64,000 nt of DNA from a virus (Duplodnaviria; Caudoviricetes), in IMG/VR virus record IMGVR_UViG_3300020148_000032; one strand, 5' to 3'. Made by a program: the position numbers and the translations under genes. Under the pieces are notes generated by a model that made no database searches, had not been told where the DNA came from, and saw only the letters and a program-made list of their open reading frames with translations. The first letter of the stretch is position 1; each line of letters starts with the position of its first letter. Shown one piece after another: positions 1-10,255 of this stretch.

Positions 1-103
1 CCTCTTTAAGAAGATCTTTTTCAGTTGACATTTAGACTCCTTTTCAATTGATAAACATAGAAATGCATGTTATTATTATGACAAGAGTGAAAGGAAATTC
101 TTC

Positions 104-475
104 ATGTCAACTACAGTTATTGATTTTATTACAAATCAAAGCTCTCCATATAGTCTTGTATGTGACGTTCTTGAGCTCATCTACGAGAACAAGATTCATT
201 ATCTGGACCTAGTCCTTGTCAAGGCTCCAGATAATAATGATAGCGACGGTTCAGCGCAACACCCATACCCAGTGAACTTTGGCTATAACTCTGCCACTGA
301 GGACGATTTTGCTCTAGCGTCAACAATTGGGGTATACGATTACTTTGGACTTCGCGATTCTTCTTCTGATACATATTCATCTGAAGGTGCTTATACTGGT
401 AATCAGTACGAGAGGGATCCAAATTCATCCTTTACGAGAGCTCTTGTACTTGACCCTCCCGCATACACTCTTTAA
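104..475 (+). CDS. hypothetical protein
   Basis: 123-aa ORF, GAAAGGA RBS, followed by a strong hairpin. Confidence 0.7.
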   Translation: MSTTVIDFITNQSSPYSLVCDVLELIYENKIHYLDLVLVKAPDNNDSDGSAQHPYPVNFGYNSATEDDFALASTIGVYDYFGLRDSSSDTYSSEGAYTGNQYERDPNSSFTRALVLDPPAYTL

Positions 476-513
476 ACTTTTAAGGCGGTGCCGAATGGCA
501 CCGCCTTAAAAGT
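476..513. terminator. bidirectional intrinsic terminator-like hairpin
   Basis: acttttaaggcggtgcc-gaat-ggcaccgccttaaaagt perfect inverted repeat between convergent genes. Confidence 0.8.
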
Positions 514-674
514 AAGAATCTTTATTTGTTTCTATCAGCTGTTTCTTTTTCCCATTGTTTGCGATCCTCTTCCTTTCGTCGGTGATAATCGTCATTTACG
601 AACGGGCCAGCCAAGAAGAAATGTAATAAGTTTAGCGTATACTTTCTTAGTCATTTCTTTCGCACTGTTAGTTA

Positions 675-1145
675 TTATCTTTCTCCCTTAAAAGATGTAT
701 TAATCTTTCTATAATGTTTTTTCACTTGCTGAACAAGTTCATGAATGCTGTTCACTACTTTTACCTCTGGTCTCTCAAGAGAAAGTTGAAATTCAACATC
801 AAAGGCTCGTTTATACTCTGGGTGAACTCCAACAAAAAGAGGTTTGTCCTTCATCATCATTTTCCCTAATTCTAAAAGAGTGATAGGGCAAAGGGTCTCC
901 TTAGGGAACCAGAAAAGTATGGCGCCAGACAATTCAAGAGCTTCAAATTCCCATGAGATTTGAACCCTTGCTATTTCTCCCTCTAAAGTAATCAACTCGT
1001 TACGGCGAGGGTTAGTTACAGTGATATCTAAATCTTCAAGTAATCCTATAATTTCATCCTGCCATAAAGGGCAATTACTAATTCCTCCTGCTAGAAAAAG
1101 ATCTGGATTAGTATTAATAATTTCTGGAGATGTATAAACTTTCAT
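675..1145 (-). CDS. nucleoside 2-deoxyribosyltransferase-like protein (Nuc_deoxyri_tr2 type)
   Basis: LFLAGGI..CPLWQ, NPRR, QISWE, ILFWFPKETLCPITLLELG motifs. Confidence 0.85.
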   Translation of the reverse strand: MKVYTSPEIINTNPDLFLAGGISNCPLWQDEIIGLLEDLDITVTNPRRNELITLEGEIARVQISWEFEALELSGAILFWFPKETLCPITLLELGKMMMKDKPLFVGVHPEYKRAFDVEFQLSLERPEVKVVNSIHELVQQVKKHYRKINTSFKGER

Positions 1146-1266
1146 AAGAACCCCTTTCGCATAATTATTATATCGAGCGGTTGTGTTTTTTAAAACAGCA
1201 TGTTACTATTAGAAATAGGTTTATTGAAAAAGAGATTCTCTCACGGTAGTTAATTAAGGAATAAAA

Positions 1267-1533
1267 ATGACACAAACTTTCATTACTAAGGATGATGTTC
1301 TCTCTATGGCAAACGAGGTCTCTCGCCTTCTGCTTGCAAACGGAGCGTCAATCACCGAGTCGCAAGAGAGCAAGATTGTTACTCTCCTCATGAATCTCTC
1401 AATTCTTGTTAGAGACATTTCGTACTCTGCTGATTCAGACAGGTTGCGGTTTGATTCTGAAGTAGAGGCAGAGGTAACTTTTAATGATCGGCGGCACCTT
1501 GAACTTCTTTCTTCAGGAATGTTTGACAAGTAA
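1267..1533 (+). CDS. hypothetical protein
   Basis: 88-aa ORF with AAGGA RBS. Confidence 0.65.
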   Translation: MTQTFITKDDVLSMANEVSRLLLANGASITESQESKIVTLLMNLSILVRDISYSADSDRLRFDSEVEAEVTFNDRRHLELLSSGMFDK

Positions 1534-1576
1534 CGTATTACCTGTATAGAATAATACTTGTCGAAAGGTTAAGGAA

Positions 1577-1762
1577 ATGATGACACTCACTCGGGCAATG
1601 ATGGTTTTTTCTCTTTACATGATTTCTTTTATCTCGTTTGTATTTTTTGCACTGGCGGCAGGTGGAGTTTTCATTGTTGAGGGTGATTACACTATGATTG
1701 GACTTGCATCTTCTATATTTTCAATGGTGCTGGCTCTAATCATGGACCGCCCTAACGTGTGA
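1577..1762 (+). CDS. small two-TM membrane protein
   Basis: hydrophobic 61-aa ORF with AAGGA RBS. Confidence 0.6.
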   Translation: MMTLTRAMMVFSLYMISFISFVFFALAAGGVFIVEGDYTMIGLASSIFSMVLALIMDRPNV

Positions 1763-1936
1763 AGCAAAAAGAACTCTGGGGTCAACATTTATTTGGTTGA
1801 CCCCAAACAGGGCGTTATTATTCACAACTTCTGTGTTAACCCCACGAGTACTACTCTCTTCGCAATAACAACATTGTTCTTATTCGAGAGAACGCGGATC
1901 TTTTTATAAAGGCTTGCCCTGCATAAAACTAAAGAA

Positions 1937-1976
1937 AACTCTTAAGGCACCCCTTTCTATGGGTGCCTTAAGAGTT
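1937..1976. terminator. intrinsic terminator-like hairpin
   Basis: aactcttaaggcaccc...gggtgccttaagagtt between convergent genes. Confidence 0.75.
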
Positions 1977-2295
1977 AGAGATAAAAATCTACTCTACGCG
2001 GATGTCTTTCCATGTAATATTTATCTTGTCGTGAGTGATCAAGTATGAAACCGAATCGAGAGTAGAAATCACGCAATTGTTCGTTATTCATACCTGGAGC
2101 AAATTGTGCAGCTTCAAGGATAAGGGTTAACCCGTTCTTATCAGCATACTCACAAAGTTTAAGGAATAGGCCGGTTGCATGACCTTCTTTCTTCTTTCGT
2201 GAGTAGACCTCACTCACTGTTGCTCTCTTTGTGTTTTCCCACATCACTAATCTTGCCGATGCTGAATCACAAAAGAATTCAATCTCATCATTCAT
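1975..2295 (-). CDS. GNAT-like acetyltransferase
   Basis: KKEGHATGLFLKLCEYAD...LILEA...LRDFYSRFGF pattern. Confidence 0.7.
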   Translation of the reverse strand: MNDEIEFFCDSASARLVMWENTKRATVSEVYSRKKKEGHATGLFLKLCEYADKNGLTLILEAAQFAPGMNNEQLRDFYSRFGFILDHSRQDKYYMERHPRRVDFYL

Positions 2296-2299
2296 TACA

Positions 2300-2992
2300 T
2301 TATTCCTGCTCTAACTTGTTGATAGGAATTTGATGAACAACTCGAGCGATAGGAATATAACATTCGGAAGTGTTAACACCATTAGTGAGATCAACACAAG
2401 AAAGCTCCAGAACAAATGATTCTTCGTCAACATTCATAGCGACTTCAGAGTAATCTTTTACAAAATAAATTTCATTTTCATATTTGAAGCTATAAAAATC
2501 ATTAGTTCCCCATTCATCAATTTGGTATGTATAATTACTCGTTCCAAGTGATGTTTCTGGCGAAAGAACTAAATTATCAACAATGCTTTCTTTAGGGTAA
2601 TCAGGATGCGGATGTTCTTTTACATATGTTACATCATGAGTGAAAGTGAAAGAGAGAGCAATGACTGACGAGACTACCATGAAAACAGCAGCCGCAATAG
2701 TAACAAGTCTAGCATAAAGGGGAACTACTAGCTTTCTAGTGTAAAAAAGTACAAACAAAAGTACTAGTACGAAAAGTAAGAGGACTATTGGATCAACATC
2801 TCCAACTACATATTGGTATTCCACATTTTTATAAATATTCAAAGAAATAAGACCTAAAATAGCACCTAAAATGCTGGTAACTACTGTAGCGGTGAAGTTA
2901 AATTTCGATCCAGGTTTTAATTGATGCTCTTCTACGAATATAAATTGAAAAAATCCGGCAATCAATATCAAAAATATTGTGATAACAAACAT
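2300..2992 (-). CDS. four-TM membrane protein with soluble C-terminal domain
   Basis: four hydrophobic segments, RBS. Confidence 0.7.
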   Translation of the reverse strand: MFVITIFLILIAGFFQFIFVEEHQLKPGSKFNFTATVVTSILGAILGLISLNIYKNVEYQYVVGDVDPIVLLLFVLVLLFVLFYTRKLVVPLYARLVTIAAAVFMVVSSVIALSFTFTHDVTYVKEHPHPDYPKESIVDNLVLSPETSLGTSNYTYQIDEWGTNDFYSFKYENEIYFVKDYSEVAMNVDEESFVLELSCVDLTNGVNTSECYIPIARVVHQIPINKLEQE

Positions 2993-3041
2993 GTTCTTCC
3001 TTTCTAAAAGATTGTAAAAATTTTAACAAGAAAAAGCAGAT

Positions 3042-3341
3042 TTATTTTTCGTCAAGTATCTTTCGGTACGCTTCAACAGATTCTAGAAGATCCTCACTAG
3101 AGAAAGTCACTCTGCGAACCTTTGATTTCTCCTTCTTCAAAAGAGAATTCCATCCAAAGAAGCTTTCCTTAAAGCAGAAATTATCAACAATTTCATCATC
3201 ATTGTTAATGCGCGAGTATGCGATTACTTCGCAATTATTAATGCTTCCGTGAGAATAATAGCCTCTATTACTAGAATAATCATGAACATTAAGACCCTCG
3301 ATAAGCCCCATGAGAGTAGCAATCATTTCATGATGAGACAC
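3042..3341 (-). CDS. hypothetical protein, possibly a histidine-phosphatase C-terminal remnant
   Basis: frame is open upstream to ~3430 (...NVVVVSHHEMIATL) with no canonical start further upstream. Confidence 0.4.
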   Translation of the reverse strand: MSHHEMIATLMGLIEGLNVHDYSSNRGYYSHGSINNCEVIAYSRINNDDEIVDNFCFKESFFGWNSLLKKEKSKVRRVTFSSEDLLESVEAYRKILDEK

Positions 3342-3426
3342 AACAACTACATTTCTAGAGTTTGAATGTAATTCGAGTTCATGAAGAAACAGTCTTGCGC
3401 GAGGCGAATAAGAGTATGAGGAAGCA

Positions 3427-3780
3427 TTAAGAGGTCACCTTTTCATCAATAGATTTTATATCTTCCATAATTGGGTTAGAGACTGCAACATGCCCATTAT
3501 CGTAAAAAATTGCAATGTTCCCGTGACGGAGGGTGCGAGTGTTCCCACAACATTTATCATAGAAAGCAAGGGCGTCTTTACCATCAATTTTGAAGCCCCA
3601 AATCTCACCATCTAAAATCTTCATGAGTTTTTCTTGAGTTTGATCAGTAAGTGGCACCTCCATTAAAATTATTGACCCATTAGGTCCGTGAAGACCTTTG
3701 CAGCCGAAAGAAGTTGTCGATTCGGAATTTGGATGACAACAAGTGGACGAAGAATGTCCCTCGCATGGTCCCGTATTCAT
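3427..3780 (-). CDS. hypothetical protein
   Basis: ORF coupled to upstream gene by ATGA overlap. Confidence 0.55.
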   Translation of the reverse strand: MNTGPCEGHSSSTCCHPNSESTTSFGCKGLHGPNGSIILMEVPLTDQTQEKLMKILDGEIWGFKIDGKDALAFYDKCCGNTRTLRHGNIAIFYDNGHVAVSNPIMEDIKSIDEKVTS

Positions 3781-4043
3781 AGTTCTCTCCTATTTTCATT
3801 ATTCGCGTTCTCTAGCACACAAAGTATACTTTTAACATTTAGAATCTTTGTATTGTATTTTAAGATTGATGATTCTTTCATGTCTCTAAAGAGGTTAAGC
3901 CTTTCAAGTCTGCGCTCATCATAAACTCTATTTTGGTCCTTCATTGTAAGCTCAATATTCGAGAGTTCTTCAGTAGAAATCTCAAGCTGGTTCTTATAAT
4001 ACATAAGGAGGGTTTTGTAGAAAACCTTTTTTAGTTTATTCAT
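3777..4043 (-). CDS. hypothetical coiled-coil protein
   Basis: GAGGGAG RBS. Confidence 0.6.
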   Translation of the reverse strand: MNKLKKVFYKTLLMYYKNQLEISTEELSNIELTMKDQNRVYDERRLERLNLFRDMKESSILKYNTKILNVKSILCVLENANNENRREL

Positions 4044-4187
4044 GATAAAGCTCCCTCAATAAAGATACCTATTTATCTTATTTTAACCTTATCATATGCG
4101 GACATTAAAATCAAATTTAATCATGGTTGATTTTTATAAGAGTACCGTGTAAAGTATGTATTAATGAATTCTTGAAAGGCGATTATC

Positions 4188-4469
4188 GTGAAGGCTTATA
4201 TTCTGAATCTCATTAAGATTGTTCGGGTCTTTTTTGCAAAGCTTGTTATTCGTCAACATGAATACGCTATGTCTGAACTTGAATTCGAGCGAAAGATGAT
4301 CATTGAATCTTACGAGTCAAAGATTTCTCATTGGTCTCACCTCTCTTGGACTCCTGGATACCGCGATCTAGTTGAAGACTATGATGCTGAACTTAACAAT
4401 CTAGAGTCTCGGATCTCTATCCAAAAGGACTTGTATAATCGAGCAGTGAAGACTCTCGAAAATATTTAA
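4188..4469 (+). CDS. hypothetical protein
   Basis: GTG start with GAAAGG RBS. Confidence 0.6.
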   Translation: MKAYILNLIKIVRVFFAKLVIRQHEYAMSELEFERKMIIESYESKISHWSHLSWTPGYRDLVEDYDAELNNLESRISIQKDLYNRAVKTLENI

Positions 4470-4481
4470 GGCGGTAATGAA

Positions 4482-4799
4482 ATGCTTGAAATAACAATCA
4501 ATGGAAATTCTCATCGTCTTGAGAAGGTAGCCTTTGAAGACATTAAGATGGGAGATCATGTTGCTCATCTTTACATTGACCCAGAGGGTAATGGAAACCA
4601 ACTATGGTATGGAAATGTCAGCGGCGGGCAGCATGATCGACTTGGTGTAATTCGATACTACTGTAAGGCTGATCCTGAATCTTACGATTTCACGGTTGAG
4701 TCCGTAGCAAAGAGTCCCAATAACTCTTCAGAATGGGTTCTTGCTTCTTGGTGGCATGATGATGCCCCTGAGGGTCACTTCCTCTATCGTTTCATTTAA
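4482..4799 (+). CDS. hypothetical protein
   Basis: 105-aa ORF downstream of 4188 gene. Confidence 0.65.
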   Translation: MLEITINGNSHRLEKVAFEDIKMGDHVAHLYIDPEGNGNQLWYGNVSGGQHDRLGVIRYYCKADPESYDFTVESVAKSPNNSSEWVLASWWHDDAPEGHFLYRFI

Positions 4800-5006
4800 C
4801 TTTAAGAGTTGTCCATTTTCATTACTTTACGAAGAGATAGATGTTAGTCTGTCACTATAGAGGGTTATATGAAAATTTGGTGTCATTCATTCAAGCAGTG
4901 ATTAACACTGCTTAAACTGCAGTTTAGATACCCACTAGAGAAATTCTTGAATAATTGAACAAAGAGTATTATTACTAAGCTTCTTCAAATTCTCATCACA
5001 ATATTT

Positions 5007-5420
5007 TTAAGAGAGAATAAAAGTATCAGTCGCGATAACCCTTTTAAAGGTTAGTGATCTAAGGTGAATCCTAATTAACTGAAGTATGATCTCAATGAAT
5101 TCCTCATCAGAACATTCAAGGGTAAAAAATCCATCTTGAAGAGAAGGGTCTTCATTGTAAGGCACCTCTACTTCGGAATAATCACCAGTTGCAAGACTGT
5201 GAATATGAGCTCTTGTGATTATTCTTTTATTATCAACCTTGCGCCACTCATGAATAGGGTCAAAATTTAAGTCAGAGATAACTTTCTTGTAAGCTCGTTT
5301 CAAATCACTAGTTTTTATGTTTTCTTGAATATGAAAAAGTGTAGGGACTTCATCATTACAAAACCTTATGTCAACAATTTCGGTTGCCATTATTTGACTC
5401 CCTCTAAAGAACCGATCCAA
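5007..5420 (-). CDS. hypothetical protein (start probably MATEIV ~5390)
   Basis: part of a minus-strand gene run; GAGGGAG precedes the internal ATG. Confidence 0.6.
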   Translation of the reverse strand: MDRFFRGSQIMATEIVDIRFCNDEVPTLFHIQENIKTSDLKRAYKKVISDLNFDPIHEWRKVDNKRIITRAHIHSLATGDYSEVEVPYNEDPSLQDGFFTLECSDEEFIEIILQLIRIHLRSLTFKRVIATDTFILS

Positions 5421-5584
5421 CGATACTCTCTAATGAGACGCTTCATCGTTAGTTTCTTTGAACATTCTTTAAGATTCTCGATAGTCACTTCTGACCAAGT
5501 TTCGTCTCGAAATATTTCAGTAATTTTAAACACTTCTCTAGTTTGCGGGTTCACCCACACTTGGTTAATCTCAAAAATATTCAC
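5390..5584 (-). CDS. small hypothetical protein
   Basis: AAGGAG RBS, coupled to the next gene. Confidence 0.6.
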   Translation of the reverse strand: MNIFEINQVWVNPQTREVFKITEIFRDETWSEVTIENLKECSKKLTMKRLIREYRWIGSLEGVK

Positions 5585-5608
5585 GAAAGAACTCCTTATC
5601 GAAAGATC

Positions 5609-6499
5609 TTAATTCATTGTATCATCTTTTATGATAATAGTCAAAGCCTTACAATATATTTTTTCTTCAATTTTGAGAGATAAAGGCGTGTAATAAGCAT
5701 TAAAGAGGACAAAACCTACAGTAAGACCTATTGCTGTAGTTAAAAAGTTGGAAAGCGTTGATAAAAGTACAATAAGAGGAAGCACAACAAAAATAGAATA
5801 AGAGTTAAGAACTCTCATTGCTTGTAATGCTATCAAATAATGCTTTTTATTGTCAAGCTTTTTAACTGTCTCAAGTCTTGTTTCATCAAGATCAATCCTG
5901 ATTTGCCCTACGCAAGAATTCTTCTTTAATTCGTTGAATGCTAATGACTGATAAGTATGATCAGTAAATTTTGTGTGAGAATATGAGAAAGAAGTAAGTT
6001 TTGAAACGTAATAAAGAAGAGCCAGAATTACCGCGGCAAGACATAGAAAGACACTGCCTGCGAATGCAATATGAAAAATTGTAGCCAAAGTATGAAAGAC
6101 ATTTTTTCGTGTCTCATTACTCATGTTAAAGAATAGAAAGAGTGACATAAAAAGAAGTAGAGTTGAGAGAACTAGACCGCTTGAAATATACACAATCTTT
6201 TTTAAGGACCCCTTGAAATCTGAAAGAAGTATTTTAGAATCTTCGAGAACGTTGTTAACTATTTCTTCTTCTCTTATGTAACCGTTAGAGTCACTTTTTA
6301 CTAAAAGCTCAGGATGTATAGAATAACCGTCTTTTGAAGAGTATTGGTAACGGATCCCATCAACGGTGTAAAAAGTCTTATCTTTTAAAGGGCCTGATCC
6401 AGGTAGGATGTTGATTTCTTTAATCCTTGCGTAAGATGTAGAATCCTTCTCTTTCTTTGACCGGTATTGTAAAGAATTGTCTAGAATAGTCCTGAACAT
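5609..6499 (-). CDS. four-TM membrane protein, paralog of 6512-7396
   Basis: shared DGI/DAI-x-Y...DGY, ALxxxMRV and TM layout. Confidence 0.75.
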   Translation of the reverse strand: MFRTILDNSLQYRSKKEKDSTSYARIKEINILPGSGPLKDKTFYTVDGIRYQYSSKDGYSIHPELLVKSDSNGYIREEEIVNNVLEDSKILLSDFKGSLKKIVYISSGLVLSTLLLFMSLFLFFNMSNETRKNVFHTLATIFHIAFAGSVFLCLAAVILALLYYVSKLTSFSYSHTKFTDHTYQSLAFNELKKNSCVGQIRIDLDETRLETVKKLDNKKHYLIALQAMRVLNSYSIFVVLPLIVLLSTLSNFLTTAIGLTVGFVLFNAYYTPLSLKIEEKIYCKALTIIIKDDTMN

Positions 6500-6511
6500 G
6501 TTGATTAACTC

Positions 6512-7396
6512 CTAAGCGTTCTTCTTCCTATTATCACTATCAATAGAGAGAGTTAAAGCTACAGAATAGATTGAAAGAACCTCAGCTAAAGCAAAAGGGT
6601 AAAGAAGCATAGTGAACAATGTGCCTACTGCCCATGAAATAATGAATGTAAGGTTGAAAGAGAAAAAGACGAAGAAAAGAGTAGTAAGCCCTATAATGGC
6701 AGTAAGGAAAGGGATTACTCTCATGATTGTCTCTAGAGCAACAATTTCTACTTTAGATTCATTAAGTTTTTGAGTAGTTAACTTTTCACTTTCTTGAATA
6801 TTAATAGTAAGAGAATGGTCAGGTTTATCAAACAAGTCATATCTTTGCACTAAAGCGTTAATTTTAGGGCTTTTAAGATCTTCAATTTTTGAAATCTTTG
6901 TAATTCCCCATATAAGAAATAGAACTGCAAGGACCCCCAAACCTATAGCAACAAATGCTGCAACTCCTTGTAAAATAGAAATAATTTTTTCGTTTACATG
7001 AATAGAATCTTTGAAAAGATAAAGAAGAATGCTAGAAGCAATGATAAAGAATGCTGAAATGAAAGAATTGATAATGAACGAGTTCCTTCGAGCGGTTGGA
7101 GTCACTTTATCTTGCCACAAGGTTTCATTTAACGATTCTTCACGAGTATAAAAATCTGTTTCTTTAATAAGAGTATAATTACTAATCTTGTACCCGTCTT
7201 GTCGGTTATTAAATTCATAACCGATGGCGTCAATAACAAACTTTTCAGTATCTTGAATTTTTAAAGACGGGTGCGGCTCACCAATATATTTGATCGTCTG
7301 CTCTGGTATTTTTGCCCAAGATAACCTGTATTCTGAATGGTAAGTTTCTGATGGTTCAATCTTTGCACTATTCGCCGCGATAAAAAAGTTCTTCAT
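6512..7396 (-). CDS. four-TM membrane protein, paralog of 5609-6499
   Basis: same architecture as the adjacent gene. Confidence 0.75.
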   Translation of the reverse strand: MKNFFIAANSAKIEPSETYHSEYRLSWAKIPEQTIKYIGEPHPSLKIQDTEKFVIDAIGYEFNNRQDGYKISNYTLIKETDFYTREESLNETLWQDKVTPTARRNSFIINSFISAFFIIASSILLYLFKDSIHVNEKIISILQGVAAFVAIGLGVLAVLFLIWGITKISKIEDLKSPKINALVQRYDLFDKPDHSLTINIQESEKLTTQKLNESKVEIVALETIMRVIPFLTAIIGLTTLFFVFFSFNLTFIISWAVGTLFTMLLYPFALAEVLSIYSVALTLSIDSDNRKKNA

Positions 7397-7409
7397 AACA
7401 TTTTCCTTA

Positions 7410-7898
7410 CTATTCAGACTTACTCATTTTATCAAGACCGCAATGTAATCCTTTTGGAGCTAAACGCTCTTTAAGAAGCCTTTCAGAAACTGAGTCCTCG
7501 TGAGAATTCTTAACGAATTCCAAGATTTCGTAGAGAGTAATGACTTCATCAAGAGGTAAAGTAAATGTAAGATCTTGATCATTTAACCTGTGAGAAAGTT
7601 CTTGGTCGAACCTTTTGAAAATAACAATCAAATTTTCAAGAGCTCTAGAGTTTAAAATACCTGAAGTTAAAACAAAACCTTCCCAGTAATATGTAGCGAA
7701 AAAGTCTACCAGAGTGTCAAATTCTGACCTGTTAAGAACTACTTTTGAATCCTTCTTCTCTCTTAACCTTTTGAAATCATTGAGTTGTCTCTCCTCTTTA
7801 AGCTTTTCATACATGTATTTCAGATCAATAAAGCTGCTATTTTTATGCATATTTAATACCCCAACTCTCAAGAAAGCTATCTTTAAAATTAGAGCCAT
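7410..7898 (-). CDS. hypothetical protein (start probably ~7850)
   Basis: DFFATYYWEG motif resembles DFADNYLWDG of the adjacent gene. Confidence 0.6.
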   Translation of the reverse strand: MALILKIAFLRVGVLNMHKNSSFIDLKYMYEKLKEERQLNDFKRLREKKDSKVVLNRSEFDTLVDFFATYYWEGFVLTSGILNSRALENLIVIFKRFDQELSHRLNDQDLTFTLPLDEVITLYEILEFVKNSHEDSVSERLLKERLAPKGLHCGLDKMSKSE

Positions 7899-8310
7899 CT
7901 ATTATTGGGAAGTTTTTGTCAATGTCAGGGAAGCCTTCCCTAATAGCAAAAGTCTCATTTGACTCTCTCAGCAAAAAGTCAGAATTATTCCGGCTATTTT
8001 TAAGATTTTCGAGAGCCAAGGCTTTGTCAGATGAATTAACAAAAAGGTGGATTGTATACAATTGAAGTATTCTATCTTTCGTTTCATTAAACACTAATCT
8101 GCCTTGGTCATTTGGAGCGATTTTTTCTAAATACTCATAAAGATATTCAGATATGTCTCTCATCTGGTCAATATCCCAGTAACCACTACAGGACTTCCAA
8201 CCATCCCACAAATAATTGTCAGCAAAGTCAAAAATTTTCTTTAAGTCTTCTTGTTTGATCGAATACCGACTCAAGCGTAAAAGCTTTTGAAAAAGTTCAT
8301 CTGGATTCAT
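7843..8310 (-). CDS. hypothetical protein
   Basis: GAAAGGGA RBS; weak paralog of 7410-7898. Confidence 0.65.
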   Translation of the reverse strand: MNPDELFQKLLRLSRYSIKQEDLKKIFDFADNYLWDGWKSCSGYWDIDQMRDISEYLYEYLEKIAPNDQGRLVFNETKDRILQLYTIHLFVNSSDKALALENLKNSRNNSDFLLRESNETFAIREGFPDIDKNFPIIDGSNFKDSFLESWGIKYA

Positions 8311-8424
8311 GATTGTCCCTTTCGTTAAATGCGTCGAGATAAAAAGAGAAAGGTTCTTTTCCCTTCAAGCTCGATAATCTATTATCCTTAGAGTTCCAAT
8401 ACCCTAGAGTAGCAATAATAGTAT

Positions 8425-8952
8425 TCAAAAGATACCCCAATAAGACACATTGTCAGAGTGATCCCAATAACCCACCTCTTCATCGACGAAAAGACGCGCG
8501 TGACCGGCTGGGTAAACACATTGATGTTCTGGGTAAGTCGGGTTTACTTTTCCGCAAATTCCATTAGGGTCCGATTCATAATCAATCCCAAGACCATCAA
8601 GAGTTAACTTGTAAATTCCAATGGCTTCTTTCAACATTTCAGAATTAAGATCATTCCTCTTGAAGATTGCCCGTCCAATAAGAGTAGCGTTCTCCTTAAG
8701 TTCTTCGTAAGAGAGAACAGAATTGAAAAGTCTTTCTTCAGATGAAACTCTCACATATTGAGCCCTCTTCACAAGTTTCTGCAAATCATCTTTAGGCAGA
8801 TTCAAGAAATCTTGCACATCCCGAGCCATTTCAGTGTCTGCCTGCCACAATGAGAAGGCAAACCTCACGTCTTTGTTCTTTACTTTCGTTTCTAGAATTC
8901 TAGAAACTTTCTTCGCGTTCTTTTTCGAAAGCGTGTTAAAAATGAGATCCAT
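8425..8952 (-). CDS. hypothetical protein with C-terminal C/H cluster
   Basis: C-x10-C-x4-H...H at the C-terminus. Confidence 0.65.
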   Translation of the reverse strand: MDLIFNTLSKKNAKKVSRILETKVKNKDVRFAFSLWQADTEMARDVQDFLNLPKDDLQKLVKRAQYVRVSSEERLFNSVLSYEELKENATLIGRAIFKRNDLNSEMLKEAIGIYKLTLDGLGIDYESDPNGICGKVNPTYPEHQCVYPAGHARLFVDEEVGYWDHSDNVSYWGIF

Positions 8953-8955
8953 TAT

Positions 8956-9288
8956 TTACTCCGTAAAACTGTCAACAAATTGAAGGGAAAGTGAAATCTT
9001 TGTTCCGTATTCTCGTTCTTCCTCAGCTCTAGAACCGTAGGGGAACTGAACTTCGAAAATTTCTTTCCGGAGGATAAGGGTGGGGTATTCTTTATCAGCT
9101 TGAATCCAACCAGAATAAACTCCGGTCTCATCCTCTTGAATGAGAACCTTCTTTACAGTATCTCCAGGATTAAGGTAGAATTCGATAGCTCTACGCTCTT
9201 GAACTGGGAATACATTCGTAAAGTTTTCAACCGAAGTCTCGATTCCGCCTTGAACAATGACGTAACCATTCCATACTCTCTTATTCAT
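8956..9288 (-). CDS. hypothetical protein
   Basis: 110-aa ORF directly downstream of a sigma70-type promoter. Confidence 0.7.
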   Translation of the reverse strand: MNKRVWNGYVIVQGGIETSVENFTNVFPVQERRAIEFYLNPGDTVKKVLIQEDETGVYSGWIQADKEYPTLILRKEIFEVQFPYGSRAEEEREYGTKISLSLQFVDSFTE

Positions 9289-9321
9289 AACGAGACCCTT
9301 CCGGTTATAGTACTTAGTACT

Positions 9322-9350
9322 ATCCTAACAAATTATTACTCTCGCGTCAA
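9322..9350 (-). promoter_or_regulatory. sigma70-type promoter
   Basis: TTGACG-17nt-TAGGAT with TG extension, upstream of 9288. Confidence 0.65.
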
Positions 9351-9864
9351 TAGGGAGTTTTACATGCTTCTCTGTTCTGGCTTACTCGAAAATATGGAAC
9401 GGAAACTTCTAGAATCTTTCATTAATATTATGGAAGGGACAAAAGTCTTGCGCACTTTGCATCTTCATACTCGTACTCTCCCTAACGTTGACGTTGAAGT
9501 TTTTTTATGATTTAGGTTTTCAAGATCAGAATCAGAGAATCATGGGTAAGAAAGCTAAAGTGATTGCTTATTACATATTAGAATAGTGATAAGTCTAAAA
9601 TCTGGCGCGCTCTCATAAATACTCGTGTTATGGGAATCAAAGTTGAAATTGATAGAGGTAAGGGTGTCAAAATTAGGTTGCCAATTGGGACAAAGTGGAG
9701 ATGTAAATACGGACAGAAGTTTATCATCGTTGATAGAGAAATAGAATTCATTAGTCTTAATAAAGAGAGAAAGACTTACTTTCAGGAAATAGAATAAAAA
9801 AATCGTGTGTTTGATTTTTCTAAGAATCGTGTTATAGTAGTTCTTATCAACGAAAGGTTTTGAA

Positions 9865-10077
9865 ATGACTGTTCAGCTCTTCTTGCATTGGAAACTCTAC
9901 CTTTGAACCCCTCACTAAGGGACCCGAGAACATCGTTCTTGTTATCCACCTGGAGGAAGGATATCTTATGCTAAAAGTCCATCAATTTATGAATCGCTTG
10001 CGATCAATGAAAGATTCGCGGGCGGTCGAATTCTTAAAGTCTTTCGACATGACAAGGAATTTACCGTCTCATTCTGA
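9865..10077 (+). pseudogene. possible frameshifted small gene
   Basis: promoter-like sequence and GAAAGG RBS before the ATG; coding-like segments continue in alternating frames; hairpin follows. Confidence 0.3.
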
Positions 10078-10099
10078 AAGTAAGGATTCTTAACCCTCA

Positions 10100-10151
10100 T
10101 ACTTGAAAACCTTGGTAACTGCTATACTGCGGCTACCAAGGTTTTCAAGTA
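10100..10151. terminator. inverted repeat / terminator
   Basis: tacttgaaaaccttggta...taccaaggttttcaagta. Confidence 0.65.
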
Positions 10152-10255
10152 AATCCATATCGTTACACATGATAATCTAACAATGCTGAACTAACTTAGT
10201 CTCTTGCCGACTACACGTAAAAGAGTCGTACAATCGCGCGAGATATAGACAAGAT

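Noticed and set aside
3042-3430. Alternative genetic code to explain start-less frames
   Set aside because: All conserved genes translate intact with the standard code and all three stop codons are used at gene ends.
9100-9510. 136-aa + strand ORF
   Set aside because: The 5' half is antisense to a better-supported gene and its promoter; only a 48-aa ORF from ATG 9364 (GGGAG RBS) might be real and it is otherwise unsupported.
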